Positions 10,967 through 20,834 are shown, numbered from the stretch's first letter. The stretch: 64,000 nucleotides of DNA from Thalassobaculaceae bacterium (GCA_965228875.1 OZ245843.1:2338616-2402615); one strand, 5' to 3'. Numbers and translations: made by a program. Notes: generated by a model not told the origin, from the sequence alone.

Positions 10967-11821
10967 CCGGACATCGCAGAGCGCCTTCGCCACGGTCCAG
11001 CCGGAGCGGAGGTCGTCGGCGACGCGGGGCAGCGTGGTCGGCGTGAACCTCGGCTCCGCGTCGCCTGTAGGGGGCGGAGCGCCGATGATGTCCAGGACCG
11101 CCAGCATCGACACCGGGTGAGCGGTGAAGGACCGCCCGCGACGCACCGAGCCGGCAACATGGACGCCGATCACCCGGCCCCGGGCATCGAACACCGGCCC
11201 CCCGCTGAGTCCGGACAACGGCCGGGAATCGTCGGGGAACCGCTCGATCTCCGCCCAGACGATGACCGGTTCTCGGGTGCTGTAACGACCCCGCACGTTC
11301 ATGACCCGCATCCCCATCATCCGCGACCGCATCTCCCCCGGAACCCCGCGCGGAAACCCGACGTGATAGGCGGTGTCGCCGGGTCGCGGCACGCTGTCGG
11401 CGAACCGGACGGCGGGACCGGTGCGGGCGAGATCCATGACGGCGACATCGGCTCCCGGATGGATCGTCACGCCGCGGGCGCGAATCCCGCGCCCCCGGTC
11501 GTCGAGCACGCCAACCACATCGCATCCGTCGACCACGTGGCGCGCGGTCATCCAGGTTCCGTCGCCGACGGCGAAGGCGGTGCCGCTGCTGTCCCTCTTC
11601 TCGCCGACCGCGATGGAGATCACAGGCAGACTGGCCCAGTCGTCGCTCACCGGGGCCGGTACCGGTCGTCGGACAGAAGCGTCTGGCGCGCGGGCGGCCG
11701 GCGGGCGGATCGCGGGCGGCGCATCGGCGGAAGGCGGATCCTCGAACAGGGCGGAGAGGATCGAGATCGCCGCGACGAGCAGCACCCCGAGCAGCCCGAT
11801 CCTGTCATTGCCAAGCCGCAT
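10964..11821 (-). CDS. Exported or membrane-anchored trypsin-like serine protease
   Basis: N-terminal hydrophobic segment, Pro-rich linker, SGTAF, TARHVV (His), ADVAV (Asp), GLSGGP (Ser). Confidence 0.88.
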   Translation of the reverse strand: MRLGNDRIGLLGVLLVAAISILSALFEDPPSADAPPAIRPPAARAPDASVRRPVPAPVSDDWASLPVISIAVGEKRDSSGTAFAVGDGTWMTARHVVDGCDVVGVLDDRGRGIRARGVTIHPGADVAVMDLARTGPAVRFADSVPRPGDTAYHVGFPRGVPGEMRSRMMGMRVMNVRGRYSTREPVIVWAEIERFPDDSRPLSGLSGGPVFDARGRVIGVHVAGSVRRGRSFTAHPVSMLAVLDIIGAPPPTGDAEPRFTPTTLPRVADDLRSGWTVAKALCDVR

Positions 11822-11824
11822 GGC

Positions 11825-12238
11825 TCAGCCCGACACCGCCGCCGCGTTGATCACGGCCACCGACAGCTTCACCGCGGAGACGAGGATGGCGGCACCGATC
11901 TCGTTGGCCTCGATCCTGTGCCACAGTCCGCCGAGCAGCGCCTCCACCAGCCGGACCACGGCCAGTTGCAGGAGCAGGGCGACCACGCCCCAGACAACGA
12001 TGTCGAGGACGTTGATGCTGACCGCCATGCAGGCCGCCAGCGGGACGGCGAGACCGAGCAGCGCGCCGGAATAGGAGATCGCGGCGGCCGTGTTGCCCGC
12101 CTTGATGAGCTCGACCTCGCGGATCGGCGTGATCTTCTCATACAGCCAGGCGCCCACCGCCAGCATGGCCAGGGTGACCGTCAGATGCAGGACGAGATAC
12201 GGCAGACCGGTCAGCAGGGAATCGATCACGGCTTGCAT
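11825..12238 (-). CDS. DUF350 (YjfL-like) membrane protein
   Basis: YEKITPIREVELIKAGNTAAA motif, four TM helices, C-terminal INAAA; GGAGG RBS. Confidence 0.88.
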   Translation of the reverse strand: MQAVIDSLLTGLPYLVLHLTVTLAMLAVGAWLYEKITPIREVELIKAGNTAAAISYSGALLGLAVPLAACMAVSINVLDIVVWGVVALLLQLAVVRLVEALLGGLWHRIEANEIGAAILVSAVKLSVAVINAAAVSG

Positions 12239-12265
12239 GAGACTTGGCCTCCGACCGGCGGGCTC

Positions 12266-12301
12266 CCGCGCCCAGAGATAGGGTTACCGCGCCCAGAGAT
12301 A
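12266..12301. repeat. 15-bp direct repeat (21-bp period) straddling the PilZ gene stop codon
   Basis: CCGCGCCCAGAGATA at 12266-12280 and 12287-12301. Confidence 0.9.
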
Positions 12302-12790
12302 CAGGGCGGCGAAACTGAACGTGGCCGAGAACACGGCCGTCGCGGCGGCGACACGCAGGATCATCGGGCTCTTCTTCGGCTCGCGCGCGCGCTCGAAAGC
12401 CTGCTCGATCTCAAGACGCTCGAGCATCGCGATGATGGTGCCGATGGCGTCGCGATGGGGCGACGGCATGTGCGCGAACTGCACACCGACGGTCTCCCCG
12501 TCGCTCTCGACCCGGACCACCCGGCCGCGCACGACGACCCGGATATCCGCCCCGCCGGCCTTGCACACCAGCAGGCCGCGGAACTCCGCGCCGAGGTGTC
12601 GCACCTCGGGCGGGGCCTTCATCCGGACCCCGCCGGAGGAGATGTCGAGGACGCGGCAACGCTGGCGCTCGACGTTGATCCCCGTCCGATGCGCGATATA
12701 GCGATCGTGCTCACGCCGCTCGGGCCCACCCGAGAGGTCGCTCGAAAGGCTCGAGGCCCCACGATAGGCGTCGGTCTCTATAGCAGCCAT
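12284..12790 (-). CDS. PilZ-domain protein with C-terminal transmembrane anchor
   Basis: ERREHDR (RxxxR), LDISSGG (DxSxxG), VGVQF, C-terminal hydrophobic helix. Confidence 0.8.
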   Translation of the reverse strand: MAAIETDAYRGASSLSSDLSGGPERREHDRYIAHRTGINVERQRCRVLDISSGGVRMKAPPEVRHLGAEFRGLLVCKAGGADIRVVVRGRVVRVESDGETVGVQFAHMPSPHRDAIGTIIAMLERLEIEQAFERAREPKKSPMILRVAAATAVFSATFSFAALYLWAR

Positions 12791-12887
12791 GGAAAACGCC
12801 GCACGGTTGTCGCCACCAGGTTGTCGGGGACAGAAGCTAGCATCACCGTGAGGCGACCGCTACGTGCCCGATCGCCCCTGCGCAACC

Positions 12888-12926
12888 GCCCGAGACCGCC
12901 GCCCGAGACCGCTGCCCGAGACCGCC
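12888..12926. repeat. Three 13-bp tandem repeats GCCCGAGACCGCY
   Basis: Units at 12888, 12901 and 12914; the core is the reverse complement of the repeat core at 28071-28125. Confidence 0.9.
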
Positions 12927-12942
12927 GCCCCGCTCCCGTCGG

Positions 12943-14076
12943 TCAGAGGTCGAGGCGGGCCTCCGCCCGGCCGTCGCCGATGGCCGCGGCGACCGCCTCT
13001 ACGATCTCGCGCGTTCCGGAGCTGCCGCCGTATTCCGTCGGCACCAGCCCGTTGTCGTCGAATGCGATCTCCACCGCCTTGTCCAGCACCCGTGCCGCCC
13101 GGCTGCAGTCGGCGACGCCGTGGGTGTCGCCGAGCCACTCCAGCATCATCGCTGCCGAAAGCAGGGTTGCGGTCGGGTTCGCCAGCCCCTGACCGGCAAT
13201 GTCCGGGGCGCTGCCGTGGCACGGCTGGAACACCGCGTGGCGGGCGCCGATGTCGGCCGACGGCGCCATGCCCATGCCGCCCATCAGCCCGGCACCGAGG
13301 TCGGACAGGATGTCGCCGAACATGTTCTCGGTGACCAGGACATCGAACATCCACGGCCTGCGGACCATGTTGAGGGCGCAGGCGTCGACGTACATGTACT
13401 GCCGGTCGTCGGCGCCATGGCGGTCGGCCACCTCGTCGAAGATCTGTCGGAAGTAGTAGAAACCGCCGATCACGTTGGCCTTGTCGACGCAGGTCACCTG
13501 GCCGGAATACCCGCGCTCCCGACGCTTGGCGCCCAGCGCGAAGGCGAAATCGAACAGGCGCTCGGAGCCGGCGCGGGTGATCGTCTGGGTGTCGTGGGCG
13601 GCGGTCGGCCGGTCGGCCGGTCCGTCGTAGACGGTCTTTCCGCGGCCGGCGAACAGGCCCTCGGTACTCTCGCGGATCAGCACGAAGTCCAGATTCTGCG
13701 CCCGCGGGTCGCCGAGCGGCACGGGCGCGCCCGGAAGGGTGCGAACCGGCCGCACGCCGGCGAACAGGTCGAACGTCTCGCGCAGGTCGAGCTGCGGCGC
13801 GATCTCGCGGCCGTCGGGATAGCGGATGCTCGGCATGCCCATGGCGCCCAGCAGGATGGCATCGGCCTTGTCGGCGCGGGCTAGCGCCTCTTCCGGCAGC
13901 GCCGTCCCGGTCTCCTTGTAATGCGCCGCACCCGCCGCCTCGGAGCGGAAGCGCAGGTCGAAACCGCCGATCCGCTGTTTCAGGCTGTCCAGAATCGTCA
14001 CCGTCGGATCGATCACCTCGGGCCCGATCCCGTCCCCCGGAAACACCGAGATCTCGAAGGCGGTATTGGCACTCAT
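12943..14076 (-). CDS. Isocitrate/isopropylmalate/tartrate dehydrogenase family protein
   Basis: FPGDGIGPEV, DKANV, ENMFGDILSD, HGSAPDIAG; ATG at 14076 with GGAGG RBS. Confidence 0.9.
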   Translation of the reverse strand: MSANTAFEISVFPGDGIGPEVIDPTVTILDSLKQRIGGFDLRFRSEAAGAAHYKETGTALPEEALARADKADAILLGAMGMPSIRYPDGREIAPQLDLRETFDLFAGVRPVRTLPGAPVPLGDPRAQNLDFVLIRESTEGLFAGRGKTVYDGPADRPTAAHDTQTITRAGSERLFDFAFALGAKRRERGYSGQVTCVDKANVIGGFYYFRQIFDEVADRHGADDRQYMYVDACALNMVRRPWMFDVLVTENMFGDILSDLGAGLMGGMGMAPSADIGARHAVFQPCHGSAPDIAGQGLANPTATLLSAAMMLEWLGDTHGVADCSRAARVLDKAVEIAFDDNGLVPTEYGGSSGTREIVEAVAAAIGDGRAEARLDL

Positions 14077-14159
14077 GGCGGTTATCCTCCCTTGCGTTTC
14101 GTGCGCCGGTCCGGCGGGCGGCGCATGGTGGCGCGCGGGACCGGCGACGGCAAGTCGCT

Positions 14160-14924
14160 TCAGCCCATAAGTCCCTGGTACAGGAGGCGGAGCGCAAGCA
14201 GGGTGAGCAGGATCTTGAAACCGGTGCGGAATCGGGCTTCGGGAATGCGGGTGACGATCTGGCGGCCGACCAGGGTGCCGAGGAATCCGCTCGCGATCAT
14301 CAGCGCCACCAGCGGCAGCCAGGGCGCGTAGGCGAAACCGACGGCGGCGAACGCGGCGACCTTCAGCGCGTGCTTCAGCGTCATGCAGGCGGCGAAGGTG
14401 CCGATGGTGGCGTAGCGGTCGCCGAGGCGTTCCGGCGACAGGAAGGGGGCGAGAAACGGACCCGTCGCGCCGGCGAACATGGTGATGAACGCGGTCGCCG
14501 CGCCGATGCCGATGAATCCGCGGTCCGGCACCCGGTAGCGGCCGAGAGCCGGCATCCAGGTGGTGGCCAGCACGAACCCGCCGACGACGATCTGCAGCGC
14601 CTCGCGCGGCAGGCGCACGGCGACCAGGGCGCCAGCGGTGACACCGACAACCGCGCCCAGCACGAACCACAGCACGATGGGACGGCGGATATAGCGGTTG
14701 AACAGGACCGCGCGGCCGCTGTTCGAGCCGAGCTGGACAAGCCCGTGCACCGGGATCAGGGCCGCGGGCGGCACCACGCTCGCCATCGCCGCCACCATCA
14801 GAAGGCCGCCGCCAAGGCCCAGGGCGGCGGTCATGAGCGACGTCACGAAGCTGAGCGCGACGAGGGACAGCGCCACGACGCCGTCCAGGGGCGCCGGAAC
14901 GATCAGGACGAGGAGCTGGTCCAC
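14160..14924 (-). CDS. TauE/SafE-family (sulfite exporter-like) membrane protein
   Basis: TAALGLGGG, IPVHGLVQLGSN, GATGP; about eight TM helices in two repeats. Confidence 0.85.
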   Translation of the reverse strand: MDQLLVLIVPAPLDGVVALSLVALSFVTSLMTAALGLGGGLLMVAAMASVVPPAALIPVHGLVQLGSNSGRAVLFNRYIRRPIVLWFVLGAVVGVTAGALVAVRLPREALQIVVGGFVLATTWMPALGRYRVPDRGFIGIGAATAFITMFAGATGPFLAPFLSPERLGDRYATIGTFAACMTLKHALKVAAFAAVGFAYAPWLPLVALMIASGFLGTLVGRQIVTRIPEARFRTGFKILLTLLALRLLYQGLMG

Positions 14925-14940
14925 GGACGGTCCCGGCGGA

Positions 14941-15375
14941 TCAGTCGAGCGCCGCCGCCCGTTTCATCTCGTCGAGGTGGGAATCGCATTTCGGCAGGTT
15001 GGCGAGCACCCGCGGCCGGGCCGCATCCGGATCGTTCTCGATGATCGTCGTCACCTCGATCGTGCGCATCACCACGTCGCGCTGGAAAGCCGCCTCGTAC
15101 TGCTTGTGCGAGTAGCCGCGCTCGCCCAGGGCGGCGAACACGTCGAGAAAGGCCTGGCGCTTCGGCTCGTTGGCCTCCAGGGGCAGGTCGAGTTCGGTCA
15201 TCGCCGCCTGGTAGAACGCCACGCAGGACGCGGCGATGCCCATCAGGTCGCTCTCCCGCTCGCTCAGGGGAGCCACGTTTCCGGCATTGTTCCCGGCAGC
15301 GGCCATCGGCGCCCAGGCGAGACCGACGGCGATTACGAGGGCGACGGCGGAGAACGGACGCATCATCTTTGACAT
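14941..15375 (-). CDS. Hypothetical secreted protein with two cysteines
   Basis: Signal-peptide-like N-terminus (MMRPFSAVALVIAVGLAWAPMAAA) and typical codon usage; the start is uncertain. Confidence 0.65.
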   Translation of the reverse strand: MSKMMRPFSAVALVIAVGLAWAPMAAAGNNAGNVAPLSERESDLMGIAASCVAFYQAAMTELDLPLEANEPKRQAFLDVFAALGERGYSHKQYEAAFQRDVVMRTIEVTTIIENDPDAARPRVLANLPKCDSHLDEMKRAAALD

Positions 15376-15482
15376 CGCAAGGGCCATATCGGTGCTTTCC
15401 CACGGCTTTACGCCGGGCAATAAACACGCATATCCCTTGCGTCACAACCCGCCGGCGCGGCCGGCGCATCGAAGGAGCAGAC

Positions 15483-16127
15483 ATGACCGACGCCGCAGTC
15501 GCCGCCGCCCAGGACGCCGTCCGGGCTCTGAGGTCCCGCATCGAGACGCTGGACGACAACGAGCTCGACCTGATTTTCCGCGAGGCGCGCACGTTCAACG
15601 GCTGGCAGGATCGCGAGATCCCGGACGCGCTGCTTCGCACCCTGTTCGACATCACCAAGATGGGGTCGACGTCGGCCAACAGCTCGCCAATGCGCCTGGT
15701 GTTCGTCAAGACCGAGGCGGGCAAGGAACGCCTGAAGCCCGCATTGTCGGCCGGCAACCTCGACAAGACCATGTCGGCGCCAGTCTGCGCCATCATCGGC
15801 CATGATGTCGACTTCTGGAAGCGCATGGACTTCCTGTTTCCGCATCGGGACATGACCGGCCCGTACAAGGACAATCCCTCGGCGGCGGAAACGGCTGCGT
15901 TCCGCAACGGCACGCTGCAGGGCGCCTACCTGATGATCGCCGCGCGCGCCCTCGGGCTCGACTGCGGGCCGATGTCCGGGTTCGACCAGGCCAAGGTCGA
16001 CGCCGAGTTCTTCGCCGGCACCTCGATCAAGTCGAACTTCCTGTGCAACCTCGGCTACGGCGACCCGGCCAGCGTTTTTCAGCGCCTGCCGCGCTTTGCA
16101 TTCGAGGATGTTTGCAGCATCGTATGA
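15483..16127 (+). CDS. Nitroreductase family, RutE/malonic semialdehyde reductase-like
   Basis: FREARTFNGW, TSANSSPMR, RNGTLQGAY, GLDCGPMSGFD, NFLCNLGYGD; AAGGAG RBS. Confidence 0.9.
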   Translation: MTDAAVAAAQDAVRALRSRIETLDDNELDLIFREARTFNGWQDREIPDALLRTLFDITKMGSTSANSSPMRLVFVKTEAGKERLKPALSAGNLDKTMSAPVCAIIGHDVDFWKRMDFLFPHRDMTGPYKDNPSAAETAAFRNGTLQGAYLMIAARALGLDCGPMSGFDQAKVDAEFFAGTSIKSNFLCNLGYGDPASVFQRLPRFAFEDVCSIV

Positions 16128-16228
16128 GCGGACGGGAGCATAGGCGGATGGAATAGGCCGGTCCTCGCCGCCGTCCCTATGCCGAGCCCCGAAACCTCTG
16201 GCCCGCCCCCAGGGCAGCCGTTTGGAGA

Positions 16229-19200
16229 GTGATCGTGCGTAAGGTCCTCATTGCGATCGTCGGACTGGTCGTCGTTCTGGTCGCCGCCGTGCTGGTGGTG
16301 CCGAGCCTGATCGACTGGAACGGATACAAACCGGAAATCCAGGCCGCCGCCCGCGACGCCACCGGCCGCGAACTGAAGATCGACGGCGATCTGTCGCTGT
16401 CGATCCTGCCGTCGCCCACGCTGTCCGTCGCCAATGTGAGCCTGGCCAACATCGACGGCGGCTCGGCACCGGAGATGGCGAGCCTCGACTCCCTGGACGT
16501 TGCGGTGGCGCTGGTGCCGCTGTTGTCGGGCGAGATCCGGGTGACCTCGGTGACACTGGTCAAACCGGTGATCGTGCTGGAGACGCTGGCCGACGGCCGC
16601 GCAAACTGGATCTTCGACGGAGCGACCGAAGACGACGGCGCCGGATCGGCGGCGGTATCGCCCGACGGAGGAAGCGGCGCCGGCCCGGCCCTGGCGGTCG
16701 ATGAGGCGGTGATCGAGGATGGTCGGGTGCTGTACCGCGACGCCGTCACCGGCGCCACGCACGTGCTGTCCGACATCAACGTCGAGATCTCCGCCGGCGG
16801 CCTGCAGGGTCCGTTCGAGATCGAGGGCGGAGTCGGGTATCAGGACATCCCGTTGACCCTGGACGCATCGATCGGCGCCCTCGACGCCGGCCGGGCGACG
16901 GCGGTGAAGCTCTCCGCCTCCGGCCAGGACGGCGCGGTCGAACTCTCGGTCGCGGGGACGATCGACATGGACGCCGGACCGAGCTTCAAGGGACGCGTCG
17001 ACGTCTCGGCGCCCGACCTGTCCAAGGCCGGCGCCCTGGCCGCCGCGTTCGGCGCGCAGCCGCCGGCCGGCCTGCCGACCAGCGGCGTCGCACTCGGTAC
17101 CGATGTCGAGGGATCTCCGAGCGCCGTTTCGGCGCGCAACCTGACGCTCACCCTCGGCGACTCCCGGTTCCAGGGCGAGGCGACCGCCGCGCTCGACCCC
17201 CGGATCGACGTCTCCGCCACCCTGACCGGCAACCGCCTGGATCTCGACGCCCTGCTGCCCGCCGGGTCCGGGGGCGCTTCCGACGCCTCGAACCAGGCGC
17301 CGCCCCAGTCATCGGCCGCGACCGGCGCTGCCCCAGCCACCGCGCAGGAGCCGGCGCTGCCGACCGACATCCAGGCCCGGATCGACCTGAAGATCGACGC
17401 CGTCCAGTACAACGGCGCGGCGATCCGCAACGTCCAATTCGACGCCTCGCTGCGCGACGGGGTCGGCGACCTGCGGCTGGCGACCGCTCAGCTGCCGGGC
17501 GGGACCGATGTGACCGTCATCGGCGGGGTCGAAAACGGACCGGCGCCGACCTTCGTCGGACGGCTGGAGGCCGCCTCCGACAACCTGCGCGCCACCCTCG
17601 ACTGGCTCAAGGTCGATCTCGCCGGCGTGCCGGCCGACCGTCTGCGAAAGGCGGTGGTCAGCGCCGCGATCCGCGCTTCGGGCGACGAGGTGCAGGTCTC
17701 CGACTGGACGATGGAACTCGACGCCACCAAGGCCCAGGGCGGGCTGACCCTGGCCCTGCGCGATCGGCCGGCCTTCGGGCTCAGCCTTGCGGTCGACCGG
17801 ATCAATGTCGACGCCTATCTGCCGCAGACCGCCGCGCCGTCCGATGCCGCATCCGGAGGCGGCACCGGCGATCAGGCGGGTGGCGATCAGGCGGGCGGCG
17901 GCGGTTCGAGCGGCAGCGACGCGGGCGCCCCCGCCGACGCGCTCGCCGTGCTCGACACCTTCGACGCCAATGTCGACCTTCGCATCGGCGAAGCGACCGT
18001 GGGCGGCATCGCCATCGCCGACGGCCGGCTCGACGCGCTGCTGCAGGACGGCACCCTCACCCTGCGCAACGCCGCCGTGGGCGATATCGCCGGGGCGGCG
18101 GGCAAGGTCTCCGGCAGCCTGAACAACGCCGCCGGCCAACCCTCCGTCGACCTGACCTTCGATCTCTCGGTCAAGGATGCCGACCGGTTCGCGCGGTTGC
18201 TGTCGGCCGACTCGCCGGTGCCCGCGGCACAGCTCGGAACAGTCTCGCTCAAGGGCTCGGCGAAGGGCGACATGCGCGACGTCGCCCTCGACGTGCGGCT
18301 CGCCGTGGCCGGCGGGACCGTCGATCTGAAGGGCAGCGCCCAGCCGCTGACCACGCCGCCGACCGTCACGGCGACCTATCAGGTGAACCATCCGGACACC
18401 AACCGGCTGGTTTCCACCCTCGCCCCGGGCGCGCTGGACGGGTTCGGCAAGCTCGGCACCCTGCTGGTGAACGGCGAGATCCGCACCCGCGACGACGGGC
18501 GCTACGCCAACAAGATCGCCGCCTATACCGCCGGCGGCCGGTTCGAGCTGGTCGGCAACGTCGATCCGTTCGCCGCCACGCCGGACGTCAACATGAAGGT
18601 GGTGCTCACCCATCCGGACGCCGCCCAGGCGATCCGCCTGGCCGCCCCCGACTACAAGCCACGCGGCGGCAATCTCGGCGGCTTCGAAGCCTCGACGCTG
18701 TTCAAGGGACCGGTGGACGCGCTCGCATTGTCCGAGACAACGGTGAAGGCCGGCCCGATCGCGATCACCGGCGACGGCTCTATCGCCAGCGACGGCGAGC
18801 GCCCCTTCGTGAAGCTGGTCCTGACCTCGAACCGGATCGCGATCGATCCGTGGCTGCCGCCGGACCAGGCGACACCCCAGGGCGCCGCCCCGGCCGCGCC
18901 CCCCGCCGGCGGGACCGCAGCGGGCGGCGGCTGGTCACGCGCGCCGATCGACACGTCCGCCCTGTCGACGGTCGATGCCGACGTGACCATGGCCATCGAG
19001 GCGATCGAATACGGCAGCTATGTCGTCGATCACGCGCAACTCGCGGCCGTGCTGAAGGACGGGCGGCTGGATGTCTCCAAGCTCGCGGGTGGTATGTTCG
19101 GCGGCACGTTCGACATGACGGCGATGCTGGCAGACCGGCCGACGCCCGAAGCGGCTCTGACGGTGAAGGTGCGCGACGCCGACGTCCGCCAGGCCGCCCA

Positions 19201-19885
19201 AACCGCCGCCGAGACCGACATCGTCAGCGGCATCCTGACCTACGACACCGATCTGACCGCCAAGGGCGGCTCGGAGTACGAGCTGGTGTCAAACCTGAAC
19301 GGCACAGGCAGCTTCAGGGTGGCCGATGGCACCGTCCAGGGCTTCGATCTTCAGTCGTTCTCGAACCGACTGCGGGAGCTGAACGGGGCCACCGATTTCC
19401 TCGACCTGACCCAGCGCGCGCTGTCGGGCGGCGAAACCCGGTTCCAGGCGCTGACCGGTACCTATGTCGTCAAACAGGGAGTGCTGCGTTCCAATGACGT
19501 TGCCCTGGAGGCGGACGCCGCCCGTGGAACCGCAACGGCCGTCATCGACCTGCCGCCGCGCCAGCTCGACGTCAACGCCCGGGCCACGCTGACCGATCAC
19601 CCGAACGCGCCGCCGGTGGGCATGAGGCTGGTCGGTCCGTTCGACAACCCGCGCCAGATCCTCGATGTCGACGAGATGCAGCGCCACATCGTCCAACAGG
19701 TCGGCACGCGGACCCTCAAGCAGCTCGACAAGAGCGGGACGGTCGAGAAGATCGACAACCTGCTGAACGGTAAGCCGCCGACCGGCGGTGCGGCGGGCGG
19801 CGACCAGGGAAGCGGGTCCGCCGATCCGCAGAAGCAGCTCGAGGACGCGGCCAAGGGCCTGCTCAAGGGGCTGCTGAACCGGTAG
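16229..19885 (+). CDS. Long AsmA-family (repeating beta-groove, putative lipid transport) protein
   Basis: N-terminal TM anchor followed by IDWNGYKPEI..ATGREL, beta-rich repeats and an AsmA-like C-terminus. Confidence 0.9.
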   Translation: MIVRKVLIAIVGLVVVLVAAVLVVPSLIDWNGYKPEIQAAARDATGRELKIDGDLSLSILPSPTLSVANVSLANIDGGSAPEMASLDSLDVAVALVPLLSGEIRVTSVTLVKPVIVLETLADGRANWIFDGATEDDGAGSAAVSPDGGSGAGPALAVDEAVIEDGRVLYRDAVTGATHVLSDINVEISAGGLQGPFEIEGGVGYQDIPLTLDASIGALDAGRATAVKLSASGQDGAVELSVAGTIDMDAGPSFKGRVDVSAPDLSKAGALAAAFGAQPPAGLPTSGVALGTDVEGSPSAVSARNLTLTLGDSRFQGEATAALDPRIDVSATLTGNRLDLDALLPAGSGGASDASNQAPPQSSAATGAAPATAQEPALPTDIQARIDLKIDAVQYNGAAIRNVQFDASLRDGVGDLRLATAQLPGGTDVTVIGGVENGPAPTFVGRLEAASDNLRATLDWLKVDLAGVPADRLRKAVVSAAIRASGDEVQVSDWTMELDATKAQGGLTLALRDRPAFGLSLAVDRINVDAYLPQTAAPSDAASGGGTGDQAGGDQAGGGGSSGSDAGAPADALAVLDTFDANVDLRIGEATVGGIAIADGRLDALLQDGTLTLRNAAVGDIAGAAGKVSGSLNNAAGQPSVDLTFDLSVKDADRFARLLSADSPVPAAQLGTVSLKGSAKGDMRDVALDVRLAVAGGTVDLKGSAQPLTTPPTVTATYQVNHPDTNRLVSTLAPGALDGFGKLGTLLVNGEIRTRDDGRYANKIAAYTAGGRFELVGNVDPFAATPDVNMKVVLTHPDAAQAIRLAAPDYKPRGGNLGGFEASTLFKGPVDALALSETTVKAGPIAITGDGSIASDGERPFVKLVLTSNRIAIDPWLPPDQATPQGAAPAAPPAGGTAAGGGWSRAPIDTSALSTVDADVTMAIEAIEYGSYVVDHAQLAAVLKDGRLDVSKLAGGMFGGTFDMTAMLADRPTPEAALTVKVRDADVRQAAQTAAETDIVSGILTYDTDLTAKGGSEYELVSNLNGTGSFRVADGTVQGFDLQSFSNRLRELNGATDFLDLTQRALSGGETRFQALTGTYVVKQGVLRSNDVALEADAARGTATAVIDLPPRQLDVNARATLTDHPNAPPVGMRLVGPFDNPRQILDVDEMQRHIVQQVGTRTLKQLDKSGTVEKIDNLLNGKPPTGGAAGGDQGSGSADPQKQLEDAAKGLLKGLLNR

Positions 19886-19935
19886 GCGGAGAGCCGCCCG
19901 ATTTTTCGGACGGAGGCGGCCGACACCGCCTCCGT
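19885..19935. terminator. Hairpins between the convergent AsmA and aspartate dehydrogenase genes
   Basis: GGCGG-AGAG-CCGCC followed by ATTTTT, and ACGGAGGCGG-N6-CCGCCTCCGT. Confidence 0.6.
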
Positions 19936-19954
19936 GTCGAGCGACGATCCGCCT

Positions 19955-20782
19955 TCAGGTGCCGGCGGTCATCGGCGCGCCCAGGCGTCGCAGCGTGGCG
20001 ATGATGCTGAGCGCGGTGATCTTGCCGGTCTTCGGGTTCTCCACGGTCGGCACGTTCTCGATGGTCATGGTGAAGCGGGCGCTGTCGGCCTCCACCGTGA
20101 TGGTATGGGTGTTGCGCGTCACCTCAGGATCGGCCCAGATCTCCAGCTTCGTCGCATCCGGACCGATCCCGGCGAGCGACAGGGCGGCAGCGACGTTGAC
20201 ATTGGCCGGGAAGCCGGTCGCGCCGTCGCGGGCCGAGCCGTCGAACACCTTCTTCGCGGTGTTGAGGCCGTCGAGCGCGATGTTGTTCTCCACCAGATAG
20301 GGCGCGCCGGCGAGGCCGCCCGGCGGCTTGCGGGTGACGAGGCGAACCTCGGAGATCTCGCCCTCGGCCGCGGCCCGAACCGCGTCCAGCCCGATCAGCG
20401 CGCCGGTCGGCACGACGATCCGCGCCCCGGTCCGCCGGGCCCGATCGACCAGATCGTCATGGCGCAGCAGCGCCCCGACGCTGATCGGCAGGAAAACCCG
20501 GCCACGCTCGACGGCCGGCCCCGCCACATCGGCGAACACGGCAGCCGGCGCGCACTCGACGACCACATCGGCGCGGTCCGCCAGCTCGCCGAGCGGTACA
20601 ACCGGCACCTCCGCCTGGAAGCCGGCCATGTTGGCGCGGGCCTTCTCGGCGTCGCGGGCCGAAACCGCCACGAGCTTCAGTCCTTCGATCCCACCGCTGT
20701 CCAGTGCGGCGGCGACCTTCTGGCCGATGGCGCCGAATCCTCCGATCCCGACCGTCAGCGGCGATGATGGCGATGTTGACAC
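19955..20782 (-). CDS. L-aspartate dehydrogenase family (NadX-like)
   Basis: GIGGFGAIG, VVECA, SVGAL, PTGALIGLD, TRKPP, FPANVNVA, NPKTG; GTG start with GAGGAG RBS. Confidence 0.9.
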   Translation of the reverse strand: MSTSPSSPLTVGIGGFGAIGQKVAAALDSGGIEGLKLVAVSARDAEKARANMAGFQAEVPVVPLGELADRADVVVECAPAAVFADVAGPAVERGRVFLPISVGALLRHDDLVDRARRTGARIVVPTGALIGLDAVRAAAEGEISEVRLVTRKPPGGLAGAPYLVENNIALDGLNTAKKVFDGSARDGATGFPANVNVAAALSLAGIGPDATKLEIWADPEVTRNTHTITVEADSARFTMTIENVPTVENPKTGKITALSIIATLRRLGAPMTAGT

Positions 20783-20834
20783 GTGGTTCTCCTCGTCCAA
20801 GGTTGGGCGCTGTCGTAGCCCCGGTGTATCGCCC

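Noticed and set aside
17867..17896. 15-bp in-frame duplications (GDQAG x2 in AsmA; also xALGG x2 at 20911-20940)
   Set aside because: Ordinary slippage in low-complexity linker or signal regions.
5103..20782. NAD-metabolism link between pncA and the NadX-like gene
   Set aside because: They are 14 kb apart with unrelated genes between and no nadA, nadC or pncB.
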